Assembly (NCBI GenBank): GCA_964360585.1
Contig: CAYHXC010000008.1
Span: forward strand, 8 to 64,007
Length of the DNA: 64,000 bases
Source: an uncultured Candidatus Saccharibacteria bacterium
GTDB lineage: Bacteria > Patescibacteriota > Minisyncoccia > UBA6257 > 2-01-FULL-56-20
Direction of reading: 5' to 3'
Part shown: positions 1 through 8,808 of the stretch, piece after piece
How the letters are laid out: each line of letters opens with the position of its first letter
Numbering within the stretch: position 1 is the first letter of the stretch
Notes under the pieces: generated by a model
Told to the model about the DNA's origin: nothing
Seen by the model: only the letters and a program-made list of their open reading frames with translations
Databases searched by the model: none
Translations under genes and position numbers: made by a program

Positions 1-658
1 AAAGTCGCGACTATTTGGATATTATTGAAAGAGCGCCGGATACTTACGCCAAAGTTTCCGCAGATTGGCGGCAGGAAAATTTCATTATGGCCGTGTCGGT
101 TATATATTTTTTGCATAACCGAGAAAACCATCCTGATTTTCTGTTTCCTTGGTTCTTTCAGCTCCTCCGGCACAAGAACGGAAATATTCTACGTGTATAG
201 GCTGGTTACGGTAATAGTTCCAATTACCCTCCTTTACTGAAGCTCTGGCGGACGAGTCGGACGGGCAAGCGCCTGCCTGCCGGTAGGCTGGTCCCCTTCG
301 ACAAGCTCAGGGTAAACCACGTCGAGAGCCTTATGGGATGAACGGACACAAAACGTCCGTTTTTCTCTATGCTTATTTCCCCTTTTTAGCATAGTACACT
401 GGACAAAAAATACCGATGTTGTCCACTACAGTGATCCAACTGGTCAAAATCAGCTTTTCCGTAATGATACAAAAGTGTCATATTACGGAAACGCAGAGTA
501 AAAAGTCTTAGTTTACTGACTTTGTGCACCTTGCCCCTAGCGTATCAATTGCATCGCCTTTTTGTGTCAAGTCGTAATACAGATATCCTTATTGCACTTT
601 TTATGGATATCTGGTAATATGGGAATACGTATTTCAACTTAGATAAAACAGTAAAACT

Positions 659-1819
659 ATGGCAAACAAAGCGCAGCAAAATCACTTTATAGCGGGGACC
701 CACAAGAAGCACTTTTGGGGCAAAGACTACGAATATCGGAGTTTTTTGCCGTCCCCGGTTAATCGCCCTTATGAATGGCAGGACAAAAGAATCCCCGTCC
801 TCTTGGAAGAAGCGATCAGACTTGTCGGTGAATTGAATGCCTACTCCATCCTTGTTCCAGATGTAGATTTTTTCATTCAAATGCACGTACGTAATGAAGC
901 AGTGAAGTCAAGTCGCATTGAAGGTACTCGCACCGGCATGGATGAAGCCGTCTTGCCGGAAGAAGAAATCTCTCCAGAAAAAAGAGACGATTGGACCGAG
1001 GTGCAAAATTATATAAAAGCAATGAATACAAGCATTGCTCGACTTAGCGAGCTCCCAATCTCAATGAGACTTCTGCAAGGAGCTCACAAAATTTTGTTGT
1101 CTGGTGTTCGTGGCGAACACAAACAGCCGGGAGAAGTTCGCACTGGGCAAAATTGGATTGGTGGCACAAGTATTCAGACGGCCGCTTTCATTCCACCTCA
1201 CCCCGAAGATATGGGAGAGGCCTTAAAGGACCTTGAGTTCTTTTGGCATAACAAAGGATTGAATATGCCTCATCTGATCAAGATGGCGATTTCTCATTAT
1301 CAGTTTGAGACAATTCACCCCTTCAATGATGGTAATGGAAGAATTGGTCGTATGCTGATCGGACTTCATCTTATTGAACTTGGAATTCTACGAAAACCAA
1401 CACTATACCTTTCTGACTTCTTTGAAAGAAACAAAGGAGCGTATTATGACGCGCTCACTTTTGTGCGTGAGCGAAACGATTTGGATCAATGGATTGTATT
1501 TTTTCTCTCGGCAGTCATTGAAACAGCTAAAAAAGGCAAGGACACATTTGAGAAGATTATTGATCTACGCGCTCGCTACGAGAAACAAATTATGGAGCTT
1601 GGACGTCGGGCAAAACTGGCTCATAAACTGTTGTTGCAATCATTCTCTATGCCGGCATTTAAGGTTTCTAATGCCTCTAAATATCTGAATGCCTCGAATA
1701 CGGCAACCAATACTCTTGTCGGAGAAATGGAACGTGTCGGAATTCTTAAAGAAGTAACCGGTTTTTCCCGTAACCGGATTTTTGTCTTGCACGAGTATCT
1801 GGAGCTCTTTAAGAGATAA
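659..1819 (+). CDS. Fic/Fido family protein (putative AMPylase/toxin-like)
   Basis: Canonical Fic motif [12 protein letters not shown] in a 386-aa ORF. Confidence 0.85.
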   Translation: MANKAQQNHFIAGTHKKHFWGKDYEYRSFLPSPVNRPYEWQDKRIPVLLEEAIRLVGELNAYSILVPDVDFFIQMHVRNEAVKSSRIEGTRTGMDEAVLPEEEISPEKRDDWTEVQNYIKAMNTSIARLSELPISMRLLQGAHKILLSGVRGEHKQPGEVRTGQNWIGGTSIQTAAFIPPHPEDMGEALKDLEFFWHNKGLNMPHLIKMAISHYQFETIHPFNDGNGRIGRMLIGLHLIELGILRKPTLYLSDFFERNKGAYYDALTFVRERNDLDQWIVFFLSAVIETAKKGKDTFEKIIDLRARYEKQIMELGRRAKLAHKLLLQSFSMPAFKVSNASKYLNASNTATNTLVGEMERVGILKEVTGFSRNRIFVLHEYLELFKR

Positions 1820-1908
1820 AACCATGCCACAGAAAATTGCCAAATGATCTGCAAGATAGACAACCGGACTAAATCTGGAAATTAAATTTATGTTAAGTAA
1901 AAAAAATA

Positions 1909-2481
1909 ATGATCATAACCATAAAAATTATCCTAATATTTATAGTCCCTTTAATTCTAAGTTTGGTCATTCGGTCAAGTCATCATCAAACATATGAATT
2001 TGTGAATAAGGAAAGCAAAAGAATGGTTGCACCTACGGTGCCATATCCTTATTTGTCAGGTTTGTTTTCGGATATACTGCTTCAAATTGGCATAAGTCCT
2101 TATAGTTTTTGCATAGAAAACAATTCTTTTTCAAAAGAATATTCTCTGCCCCATGACTTAGCTTTTAGATTAGAGGGTGAGGCTGAGTTTAGTAAAATTC
2201 ACTACAGCGAAAAAAAATGTATACCCATACTTAAAAAAGATGTTTTCTACGATGTGGCATGGGGTGGCTTTGTTATTCCTAATAAAGAATGGGCAGACAA
2301 GAATTTTAAATGCGATTCTGGAAAGTGTTCACTAAATTTTAAAGTTGATGAAATTGTGAACTTCAATGTTTATTCACGATTAAATTTTCCAGCACTAATT
2401 ATTGTGTATATCCTTTTAGTCGCCGCCGTGTTTGGATTTGTTAAGCTTGCTATTTCTTTATACACTTTCATCAGGCCGTAA
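1909..2481 (+). CDS. hypothetical membrane protein, markedly AT-rich
   Basis: 190-aa ORF with hydrophobic N- and C-terminal segments; A+T-rich codon usage unlike neighbours. Confidence 0.4.
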   Translation: MIITIKIILIFIVPLILSLVIRSSHHQTYEFVNKESKRMVAPTVPYPYLSGLFSDILLQIGISPYSFCIENNSFSKEYSLPHDLAFRLEGEAEFSKIHYSEKKCIPILKKDVFYDVAWGGFVIPNKEWADKNFKCDSGKCSLNFKVDEIVNFNVYSRLNFPALIIVYILLVAAVFGFVKLAISLYTFIRP

Positions 2482-2864
2482 TTGTAATTGCCGCCGCCAA
2501 AAAATTCGCCAGCCCAAGCGAGAGCGAGGCGGGAACTGCAAAGCACATACAAGTCGAATCAAAACCCTAGTAGTACAGCATCCCCGTAGCAGAAACTTCG
2601 TTTCGCTACGGAACAAGAAGCTGACTACGGGGCAAGCAACCCCGAAGCAAACGCGATGCGTTGCAACGGGGCGAGCCCCATACCAGTTCGCGACGGGTAA
2701 ACCCGCCTTTGCCAGAGGCTACGGACGGGCAGGCAAATGGTAAATTCGTGGTGCCTTACACGTTCTCGTACTTGGCAAGCAGGCCTTGACACCATCTTTC
2801 AAAAAGTGCGGCCACGAGGAGATATTCGCACAGTGGAGTCCTGCGACGAGGAGTTAATCGGTTC

Positions 2865-2873
2865 TGTTATAAT
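2865..2873 (+). promoter_or_regulatory. extended -10 promoter element (TGtTATAAT) giving a near-leaderless transcript of the NADAR gene
   Basis: TGtTATAAT lies about 7 nt upstream of the ATG at 2880. Confidence 0.35.
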
Positions 2874-2879
2874 TTCACT

Positions 2880-3335
2880 ATGCACAGATTAGATACGGAA
2901 AAACAAATCTTTTTCTACGAGAATGAGTTCTATGTCTTCTCCAATTATTCTTCTTTCACCATCGAATGGAAAGGTAGCTTATATCCAACATCGGAACATG
3001 TATACCACTCTGAAAAATTTAATGACGAGAACCTAAAAGAGCAAGTGAGACTTGCGCGTTCAGCCCATGATTCGCAAAAGTTCGCGCAAGCGAATGTCGA
3101 TAAATACAGAAAGGATTGGAATCAAATTAGGATAGGTATTATGAAAGATATCCTTCTAGTAAAAGTTGAGCAACATCCCTACGTGAAGAAGAAGCTTCTG
3201 GAATCAGAAAACAAGGAACTTATTGAAGATTCCTGGCGAGATTCATTTTGGGGCTGGGGACCAAATAAAGATGGTGAGAATCGCCTTGGTAAGCTTTGGA
3301 TGGAAATCAGGAATGATTTTAGAAATAAGGAGTAG
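2880..3335 (+). CDS. NADAR domain protein (YbiA-like)
   Basis: YbiA-like conserved blocks: PTSEHvYHseKF and WGwGpnkdGeNRLGklWMEiR. Confidence 0.7.
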   Translation: MHRLDTEKQIFFYENEFYVFSNYSSFTIEWKGSLYPTSEHVYHSEKFNDENLKEQVRLARSAHDSQKFAQANVDKYRKDWNQIRIGIMKDILLVKVEQHPYVKKKLLESENKELIEDSWRDSFWGWGPNKDGENRLGKLWMEIRNDFRNKE

Positions 3336-3357
3336 TTTTTCATAATATAATCAGGGT

Positions 3358-3615
3358 ATGTCCGAAAAAGAAACGTTGCACAAAGTGCCAGTGGATTTAC
3401 GAAAAGCTCTTACTTCCAGCGCCGCGGCGCGAGCAGTATGGGAGGACATTACGCCACTGGCGCGCAATGAGTGGATTTGCTGGGTCATCTCCGGTAAAAA
3501 AATGGAAACGAGAGGTATCCGTATCGAGAAAGCGCTCTCAAAACTGAAAGGCGGCATGCGCCGGCCTTGTTGCTGGGTCGGCTGTGGACATCGTGGTTCG
3601 ACAAGCTCACCATAA
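3358..3615 (+). CDS. YdeI/OmdA-like small protein, copy 1
   Basis: 85 aa with ARNEWICWV...KKxETRxxRIxKAxSKLKGGMRRPCCWxGCGHR signature; one of three paralogs in the window. Confidence 0.6.
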   Translation: MSEKETLHKVPVDLRKALTSSAAARAVWEDITPLARNEWICWVISGKKMETRGIRIEKALSKLKGGMRRPCCWVGCGHRGSTSSP

Positions 3616-3854
3616 TTTTAGATTTTCCTGTTCTGTTGCAACTTATCTCGGTAGATAATGGAAACGAGCGCAAAACTGAGAATTAAGAGGAGGAACCAGG
3701 AGCCGATCTTATTGGCTGACGCACAAATCCAAAAAATCCTAGAACAACTTGAGAATCATGAAAAAAGTATAGCATCCTCGAAAAAAGAAAAAAGCCCGAT
3801 TACCACATGATGATGTGATAATCGGGCTCAAGTACTTTAGAACGGAATCACCTC

Positions 3855-4625
3855 TTAGCCTTCGATGAAGGCGGAGGCAACGAGCAGGTTTCGAAGTGAA
3901 ACCGGATCGTTCTTCGAGATGACGTGGAACTGAGGGATGAATTTGGCGACGTCCGCATGACCGCTTTCGATCTGCGCGATCACTTCGTCGGCCGCACGCC
4001 CCGTGCCTTCGACGAGCACTGTCGGCCAGCCGCGTCGTGCGGAGTGCATGATCTCATCTTTCGTGATAGGCCCGCCGTTCCAGGCGATGGTACCGAGAGC
4101 CTCGAAGCCGGCGTACGTCCTCCAGTGTTCCATCATGGTGAAGTAGGTGGGAACATCGAGGTCCCACTCTGCCTTACCGTCAGGACCATTCTGGACGATC
4201 AAGATGCCCAGCATGTCCGGATTTGGCACGGTTCCGTACTCGTCGAGCACGAGACGTGAGTCCTCCTGAAGTGAGAGCATGCTGGTGCGTGGACACGTGC
4301 CCAACGCGACACACCCCGGATTTTCCGAGGCGATCAGGCCCGGCACATCGGTGACCATCGGATCCACTTCGCCGTTCGCAACCTGACGCGTGCCGCCCGA
4401 CCAAGCCAGTCCTTCGAAACCTCGAAGAGCTTTCGAGAAAAACGAAAGCATTGCACGCTTGTCATCGGGTCCCATGCCTTTGCATCCGCCGAGGAAACGC
4501 AACGCCACCTTCTTTCGCGCGCGCGTACCCATGAGAGCGAATGCGGCGGGAAGACCATCGGTCGCATTCATCACGACCAGATGCACCTTCTCGCCATTCA
4601 CGTGATAAGGTCTCGTTCTATCCAT
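3855..4625 (-). CDS. divergent LOG/SLOG-superfamily Rossmann protein (paralog A)
   Basis: Glycine-rich motifs FLGGCKGMG, AWSGGTR and WNGGPITKDEI...VLVEGTGRAAD resemble the LOG GGGxGxMG / PGGxGTxEE pattern; compare canonical LOG at 48152. Start set at an internal ATG with a GGAGG SD. Confidence 0.5.
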   Translation of the reverse strand: MDRTRPYHVNGEKVHLVVMNATDGLPAAFALMGTRARKKVALRFLGGCKGMGPDDKRAMLSFFSKALRGFEGLAWSGGTRQVANGEVDPMVTDVPGLIASENPGCVALGTCPRTSMLSLQEDSRLVLDEYGTVPNPDMLGILIVQNGPDGKAEWDLDVPTYFTMMEHWRTYAGFEALGTIAWNGGPITKDEIMHSARRGWPTVLVEGTGRAADEVIAQIESGHADVAKFIPQFHVISKNDPVSLRNLLVASAFIEG

Positions 4626-4649
4626 TATTCCTCCTCCCATCGCTGGGTG

Positions 4650-5447
4650 TTATGTTCCGGTTCTTTCTACAAGCCGGAAACGTGACTCAGTTTTCGGCAC
4701 TATCGAAAGTTTCTCGAGTTGATGCCGAAGTGACATTTCCGTAAGTTCGGCAACGTGAACATGCGGATGCGCCAGAAGAAATTCTTTATCGTTTGCGTAG
4801 CGATCGGTCGTCCGACCACTACCGCGGATAAGAAGAACTGGCCACGCACGCTTTGCCCAAAGAAGAATTTCCTTTTCGGTAATACCTCCTCCGTTATAGG
4901 TGAGTAGAAGCGACCGCCACCCGCCACCATAGGTGACGAGATGCTGAACAATCTCTGCACACGTCTCATACTCCGTGTCCCAACAGCTCTTCTGATCAAC
5001 AGAAGCCTGCACGATGAGACACGTATCCTGATTCGGATGTGCAATGGTGAAGTAGGGATCTTCCGGATTATCCGCGACCACCAGTCCGTGTTGGGTGAGC
5101 TGAAGATCGCTTTGTCGTGCGACAACCCCGAGCGTGTATGAGTCGGGGCAGAGCTCACGAACAATGGGCGCAATCTCAGTAATGCCTAGAACAACCTTTG
5201 TGGGATCACTCCGGGAACGCATCTGTGTCCCTCCGAAGAGAACTGCTCCGCGGAAACCGCGAAACACATTCCCAAAAAGATTAAACATTCCTTGAGCATG
5301 CTCATCGGACATGAATCCACAACCGCCGGTCAGTCGAACAACGACAGTGTCTTTAGCCTTCGTGAGGCTAAGAGCCACCTTTACGGAAAGCTTTTCCCCC
5401 TCGTTTTCTATATACAAGGAGGGAACGTTTTTCACAGGAAAGCTCAT
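4650..5447 (-). CDS. divergent LOG/SLOG-superfamily Rossmann protein (paralog B)
   Basis: Paralog of previous (RLTGGCGFMSDEH, LFGGTQMRS, YNGGGITEKEI...LLIRGSGRTTD); strong SD aaggaggag upstream. Confidence 0.5.
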   Translation of the reverse strand: MSFPVKNVPSLYIENEGEKLSVKVALSLTKAKDTVVVRLTGGCGFMSDEHAQGMFNLFGNVFRGFRGAVLFGGTQMRSRSDPTKVVLGITEIAPIVRELCPDSYTLGVVARQSDLQLTQHGLVVADNPEDPYFTIAHPNQDTCLIVQASVDQKSCWDTEYETCAEIVQHLVTYGGGWRSLLLTYNGGGITEKEILLWAKRAWPVLLIRGSGRTTDRYANDKEFLLAHPHVHVAELTEMSLRHQLEKLSIVPKTESRFRLVERTGT

Positions 5448-5610
5448 GGATTCTCCTCCTTTTTTGATTCTGTTTTTTGAATTGTGAAGGGCTGAAACTA
5501 GGGCACATTATCATCTAATTTTAATGTATTGTCAATACCCTGGATATACACAACCCGCGCGGTAAGAAGCGTACGTTTACGTCTGTATATTTGTCCCGTA
5601 GAATGACCTC

Positions 5611-7545
5611 ATGACCCCTGAAAAACCACATGATGGTGAGGGAAATACAGAACGAGTAGAAAAATCACACCTTACCCCTCCCGCTCTCGAACTACTTCTT
5701 GACACAGGAGAAGCGGTTGTCTGGCCGGAAAAAATCAAAAACGATGTCGAGTTTGTAAAGCAACGAGAAGAACGGAAACAACTGATTAATAATTTGGAGC
5801 GAGTCACAGATCGATTACCTCGTCCTGATGTTTCTCTCCAAAACGCCGTAGCAGAAAAGATCATTAGTGAACCGGAAGTCGCTACTTTATATGAATCGCT
5901 ACAGAAACTCCTAGAAGACCCGGACTATGGGAGAGCTCTTCTCTATATTCCTTTTGAGTTCTTACCGAAATCAACGTGGAGTGCCGAAACAACGGAACTG
6001 AAAACGGCGATAACGGCATTCACGAATATCTATCTAAAAACATGGGAGAAACTTCTTCATTCACATGACGTACGAACAAATTTTGTTGATGGCGATATGA
6101 TCGAAATAGATTTTCGCGAAGGAGATGACTGGCCTCGTGTAGTCAAAGCAGCCCACCTTATACCACAACTTTTAGAGCACGATCTCATTACTACGGAACA
6201 GATATTCTCTCTGGCAGAAAAAACTAACGATACTCTTCTGAAGAGTACTATTGACGACGCATTGCTCGTAGCAGCAGATCTTGGTCGTCTCACTCCAGAG
6301 GATCGAGCCCGCATGCGATCGTCCAGCGATGAAGCTCTTCGAGGAACGGAAAAACTATTTGATGAACCCCTTGCAAACGAAAGCAACGTTACCGGACCAA
6401 TCGATTTTCAAGTGGTTGAGCAGGAGCTGAACACCACACTAGAGGAAGCCCGAACGGCCGACTACGGCTCCGTATCCCCCAACAGAAAAACCTGGCTGCA
6501 ACAGGAAAAACGACGACACCTCCTTGCAGCGGCCAGCCAGAAAATGTATCAGGCAATTGCTTCCAAACAACTTACTCCCGAGATTGGAAAAACATATATT
6601 GAAACCACCGGCAGTGCTATGGGAGAAGCTTGCATTGAAGGCATACGACAAGCAGTAGAAGCCGCTGTGGAAAAAGATCCAGGCAAGGGACAGCAACTCT
6701 TCGAGGAGTATCGCAATGTTATTACTACCGCTTGGAAAGAAAAACGAATTGAGACTCGGGATGCGTTAGGAAAACTATTTTTCCGCCTCAATACTCTCGG
6801 TGTTATCAATACTCAAGAACTAGAAACTCTGGGAATTGCTCGCCCAAATCTGGTTGGGCCATTTACAGAAAATCTGAAGTTCATGGAATCTGAAATGGGC
6901 GATGTGGATCGAATGTTGCGAGCGATCGAGAACAATCCAGGATTATCAGAACTCATTTATCCAGTAATTCTGATGCACGGGTCACGACTTAAGGGCTATA
7001 GCGCCGCCGAGTCTGATATCGACATCAGTATTATTGTTCGCCCCGAGGTGTCTGTCGAAGAACGCGAAAAGTTAGAGAAATTATTACAAGATGTATTTGC
7101 TCACGAAAAAATCCCTGAAAAAGTGATTGAATTTTGGCTCACCGAAAAAGACGGAAATCTATCCGTTCGGAATTTTGAAAAAAACGATCCTGCTTTAGGA
7201 GAATCCTCGTTTGTTCATATCTTATTCGGCGCCGTCTGGAAAGGCGATCCGAAAGTAGTTGAAGAATTACGAGAAAAATTACTAGTCCCCTATTTTTATC
7301 CGACTGAAGAAAAACTCTACGGCCGAGAGGCGCGAGATATTTATATTGAGCAGTTAGAGCGCGATGCTCTCCAATATCGACTCATGCACAAGGGTTATGA
7401 ACGATTCTTTCCGCGATTCGGAGGTGTCCGTTCGAAGCACGCTAACTTAATTGATGGTGAAAGTACTTTCTGGGACTCTGGGTATCGACAAACTGCCTTA
7501 CAGTTGTATGCCCGTCGAGTATTCTTGCCGAAACTGCAATCATAA
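5611..7545 (+). CDS. large protein with C-terminal Pol-beta-type nucleotidyltransferase (MNT/CD-NTase-like) domain
   Basis: hGS...GxxxxxSDxD NTase signature HGSRLKGYSAAESDIDISIIV in the last ~200 aa; ~430-aa N-terminal region of unknown function. Confidence 0.6.
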   Translation: MTPEKPHDGEGNTERVEKSHLTPPALELLLDTGEAVVWPEKIKNDVEFVKQREERKQLINNLERVTDRLPRPDVSLQNAVAEKIISEPEVATLYESLQKLLEDPDYGRALLYIPFEFLPKSTWSAETTELKTAITAFTNIYLKTWEKLLHSHDVRTNFVDGDMIEIDFREGDDWPRVVKAAHLIPQLLEHDLITTEQIFSLAEKTNDTLLKSTIDDALLVAADLGRLTPEDRARMRSSSDEALRGTEKLFDEPLANESNVTGPIDFQVVEQELNTTLEEARTADYGSVSPNRKTWLQQEKRRHLLAAASQKMYQAIASKQLTPEIGKTYIETTGSAMGEACIEGIRQAVEAAVEKDPGKGQQLFEEYRNVITTAWKEKRIETRDALGKLFFRLNTLGVINTQELETLGIARPNLVGPFTENLKFMESEMGDVDRMLRAIENNPGLSELIYPVILMHGSRLKGYSAAESDIDISIIVRPEVSVEEREKLEKLLQDVFAHEKIPEKVIEFWLTEKDGNLSVRNFEKNDPALGESSFVHILFGAVWKGDPKVVEELREKLLVPYFYPTEEKLYGREARDIYIEQLERDALQYRLMHKGYERFFPRFGGVRSKHANLIDGESTFWDSGYRQTALQLYARRVFLPKLQS

Positions 7546-7548
7546 AAA

Positions 7549-7583
7549 AAGCCGGACGATCACGAATGATTGTCCGGCTTAGG
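7549..7583. terminator. bidirectional rho-independent terminator
   Basis: aaaaaaaGCCGGACgatcacgaatgattGTCCGGCtta between convergent genes. Confidence 0.65.
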
Positions 7584-7610
7584 CTAACTACTAAAAAAGA
7601 ACTGTTGAGC

Positions 7611-8798
7611 CTAGAGACTGGTCTTGGCTTTGCCGCCGATGCCGGTGAGATCTCTTCCGCCATTGCGACGAACACCGCCACCGTCCAAGTGACTCCACGG
7701 AATCGCCACACCGAGCTGCCACAGCGCGGTGATGTAGGTGAGCTCCGTCTGGCCAACACTGACGTTCGGAAGCTCAATAACTCCCAGGGTGTAGCCCTTC
7801 AGACTCTGCTCGAGCCTGGGATAGTCTGATGAAACAGCCACTCCCAGCTGCTTGAGCATCTGATCGCGATTCAGTGCGCCGACCTGTGCCGGAAGACTCG
7901 GATTCTCCAGAGCCCTCCTGATCTGTTGAGCATCATAGGCCAATGCCATGGCCACGGGAATGCCCGTACCAGCAAAGATACCGTTGATGCTTGTGATCAC
8001 AGCTTCGGCTGCATCACGGAGACCGTCGGTGGGAGGCGGAGGCATCATTCCAGATGACAAACCTCCCGCCCCACCTGCCATACTGGCAAAGACGGCCATC
8101 ATGGTTGCTGGATTTGCCATTCCTTTCTGCCAGGAATCGATCCAGCCGACCAAGAGCTCTTGAAAAGAGATTAGGGACGGCCAAAGGTTGGTATCCATCT
8201 TGGCAAGCAGGGCTGTCTTGCGACTCTTCGTCGCGAAGCGGCCCGTTGGCCCTGGCATCGCCGCGAAGATCTCAGCATAGCTACGTTCGGTCAGGGTTCG
8301 CTGCATATCCCAGAACTCCGGACTGGCTGGTTCTTCGAGCGACTCGGCATTTCGCTCCATGGCAATGACGATCTTCTCAGGAAGGTCGTAGAGACCCACC
8401 CGATTGGCCAGCGCAGCACTCACGGTTCCAATGACCGTCTCGCGGTTGAACTTGAGAACTCCCCCAACCTTCAGGGCTGCGAGCCACGAAGTGTCGTCAG
8501 GAACGGGCGGCAGGACCCCCTCGAAGGAAATCCTTGCCATAGCAGCCGCGTCGGCCGGAGCGCTCACTGCCGGCTTCAGAGCCGCCAGCAGATTGCGAGC
8601 AGGAATTCGCTTCATCCCCGCTTCGATCAGATCGGCTTCGGTCAGTGCGCCGAGGTCTTCGACCTTGGTCACACCGAAGTCTTCCTTGATCTTGGCGATC
8701 ACATTCACGTCGGCGCCGTGCTCGATGAGCTTGGCGTCGACCGGATCCACTGGGGCTGGCTCTCCCGATGCTACGGGAGTGGTTTCCTCTGTTGTCAT
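7611..8798 (-). CDS. hypothetical protein (396 aa) with Gly/Pro-rich segment
   Basis: ORF trimmed to internal ATG (MTTEETTPV) preceded by AAGGAGAA; the longer form would overlap the upstream gene by >300 nt. Confidence 0.5.
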   Translation of the reverse strand: MTTEETTPVASGEPAPVDPVDAKLIEHGADVNVIAKIKEDFGVTKVEDLGALTEADLIEAGMKRIPARNLLAALKPAVSAPADAAAMARISFEGVLPPVPDDTSWLAALKVGGVLKFNRETVIGTVSAALANRVGLYDLPEKIVIAMERNAESLEEPASPEFWDMQRTLTERSYAEIFAAMPGPTGRFATKSRKTALLAKMDTNLWPSLISFQELLVGWIDSWQKGMANPATMMAVFASMAGGAGGLSSGMMPPPPTDGLRDAAEAVITSINGIFAGTGIPVAMALAYDAQQIRRALENPSLPAQVGALNRDQMLKQLGVAVSSDYPRLEQSLKGYTLGVIELPNVSVGQTELTYITALWQLGVAIPWSHLDGGGVRRNGGRDLTGIGGKAKTSL

Positions 8799-8808
8799 GC
8801 GCTTCTCC

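Noticed and set aside
545-886. 113-aa minus-strand ORF
   Set aside because: Overlaps the Fic gene start and promoter region; no SD; likely spurious.
2540-2600. tmRNA-like 5' signature (GGGG...GATTCGAC) on the minus strand
   Set aside because: Downstream sequence would run into the 1909-2481 CDS, there is no tag-peptide ORF ending in a stop, and no CCA-adjacent tRNA-like 3' end; the resemblance is limited to one octamer.
2840-2870. RNase P RNA P4-like ACAGAACC motif on the minus strand
   Set aside because: An isolated 8-mer; the rest of the RNase P core (GGAAAGTCCGG, GGGTGAAA blocks) is absent and the RNA would overlap the NADAR CDS.
4180-5173. Alternative-frame ORFs inside the two SLOG-like genes (4180-4404, 4334-4567, 4390-4605, 4700-5173)
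   Set aside because: GC-rich shadow frames; the annotated frames carry the conserved glycine-rich motifs and strong SDs.
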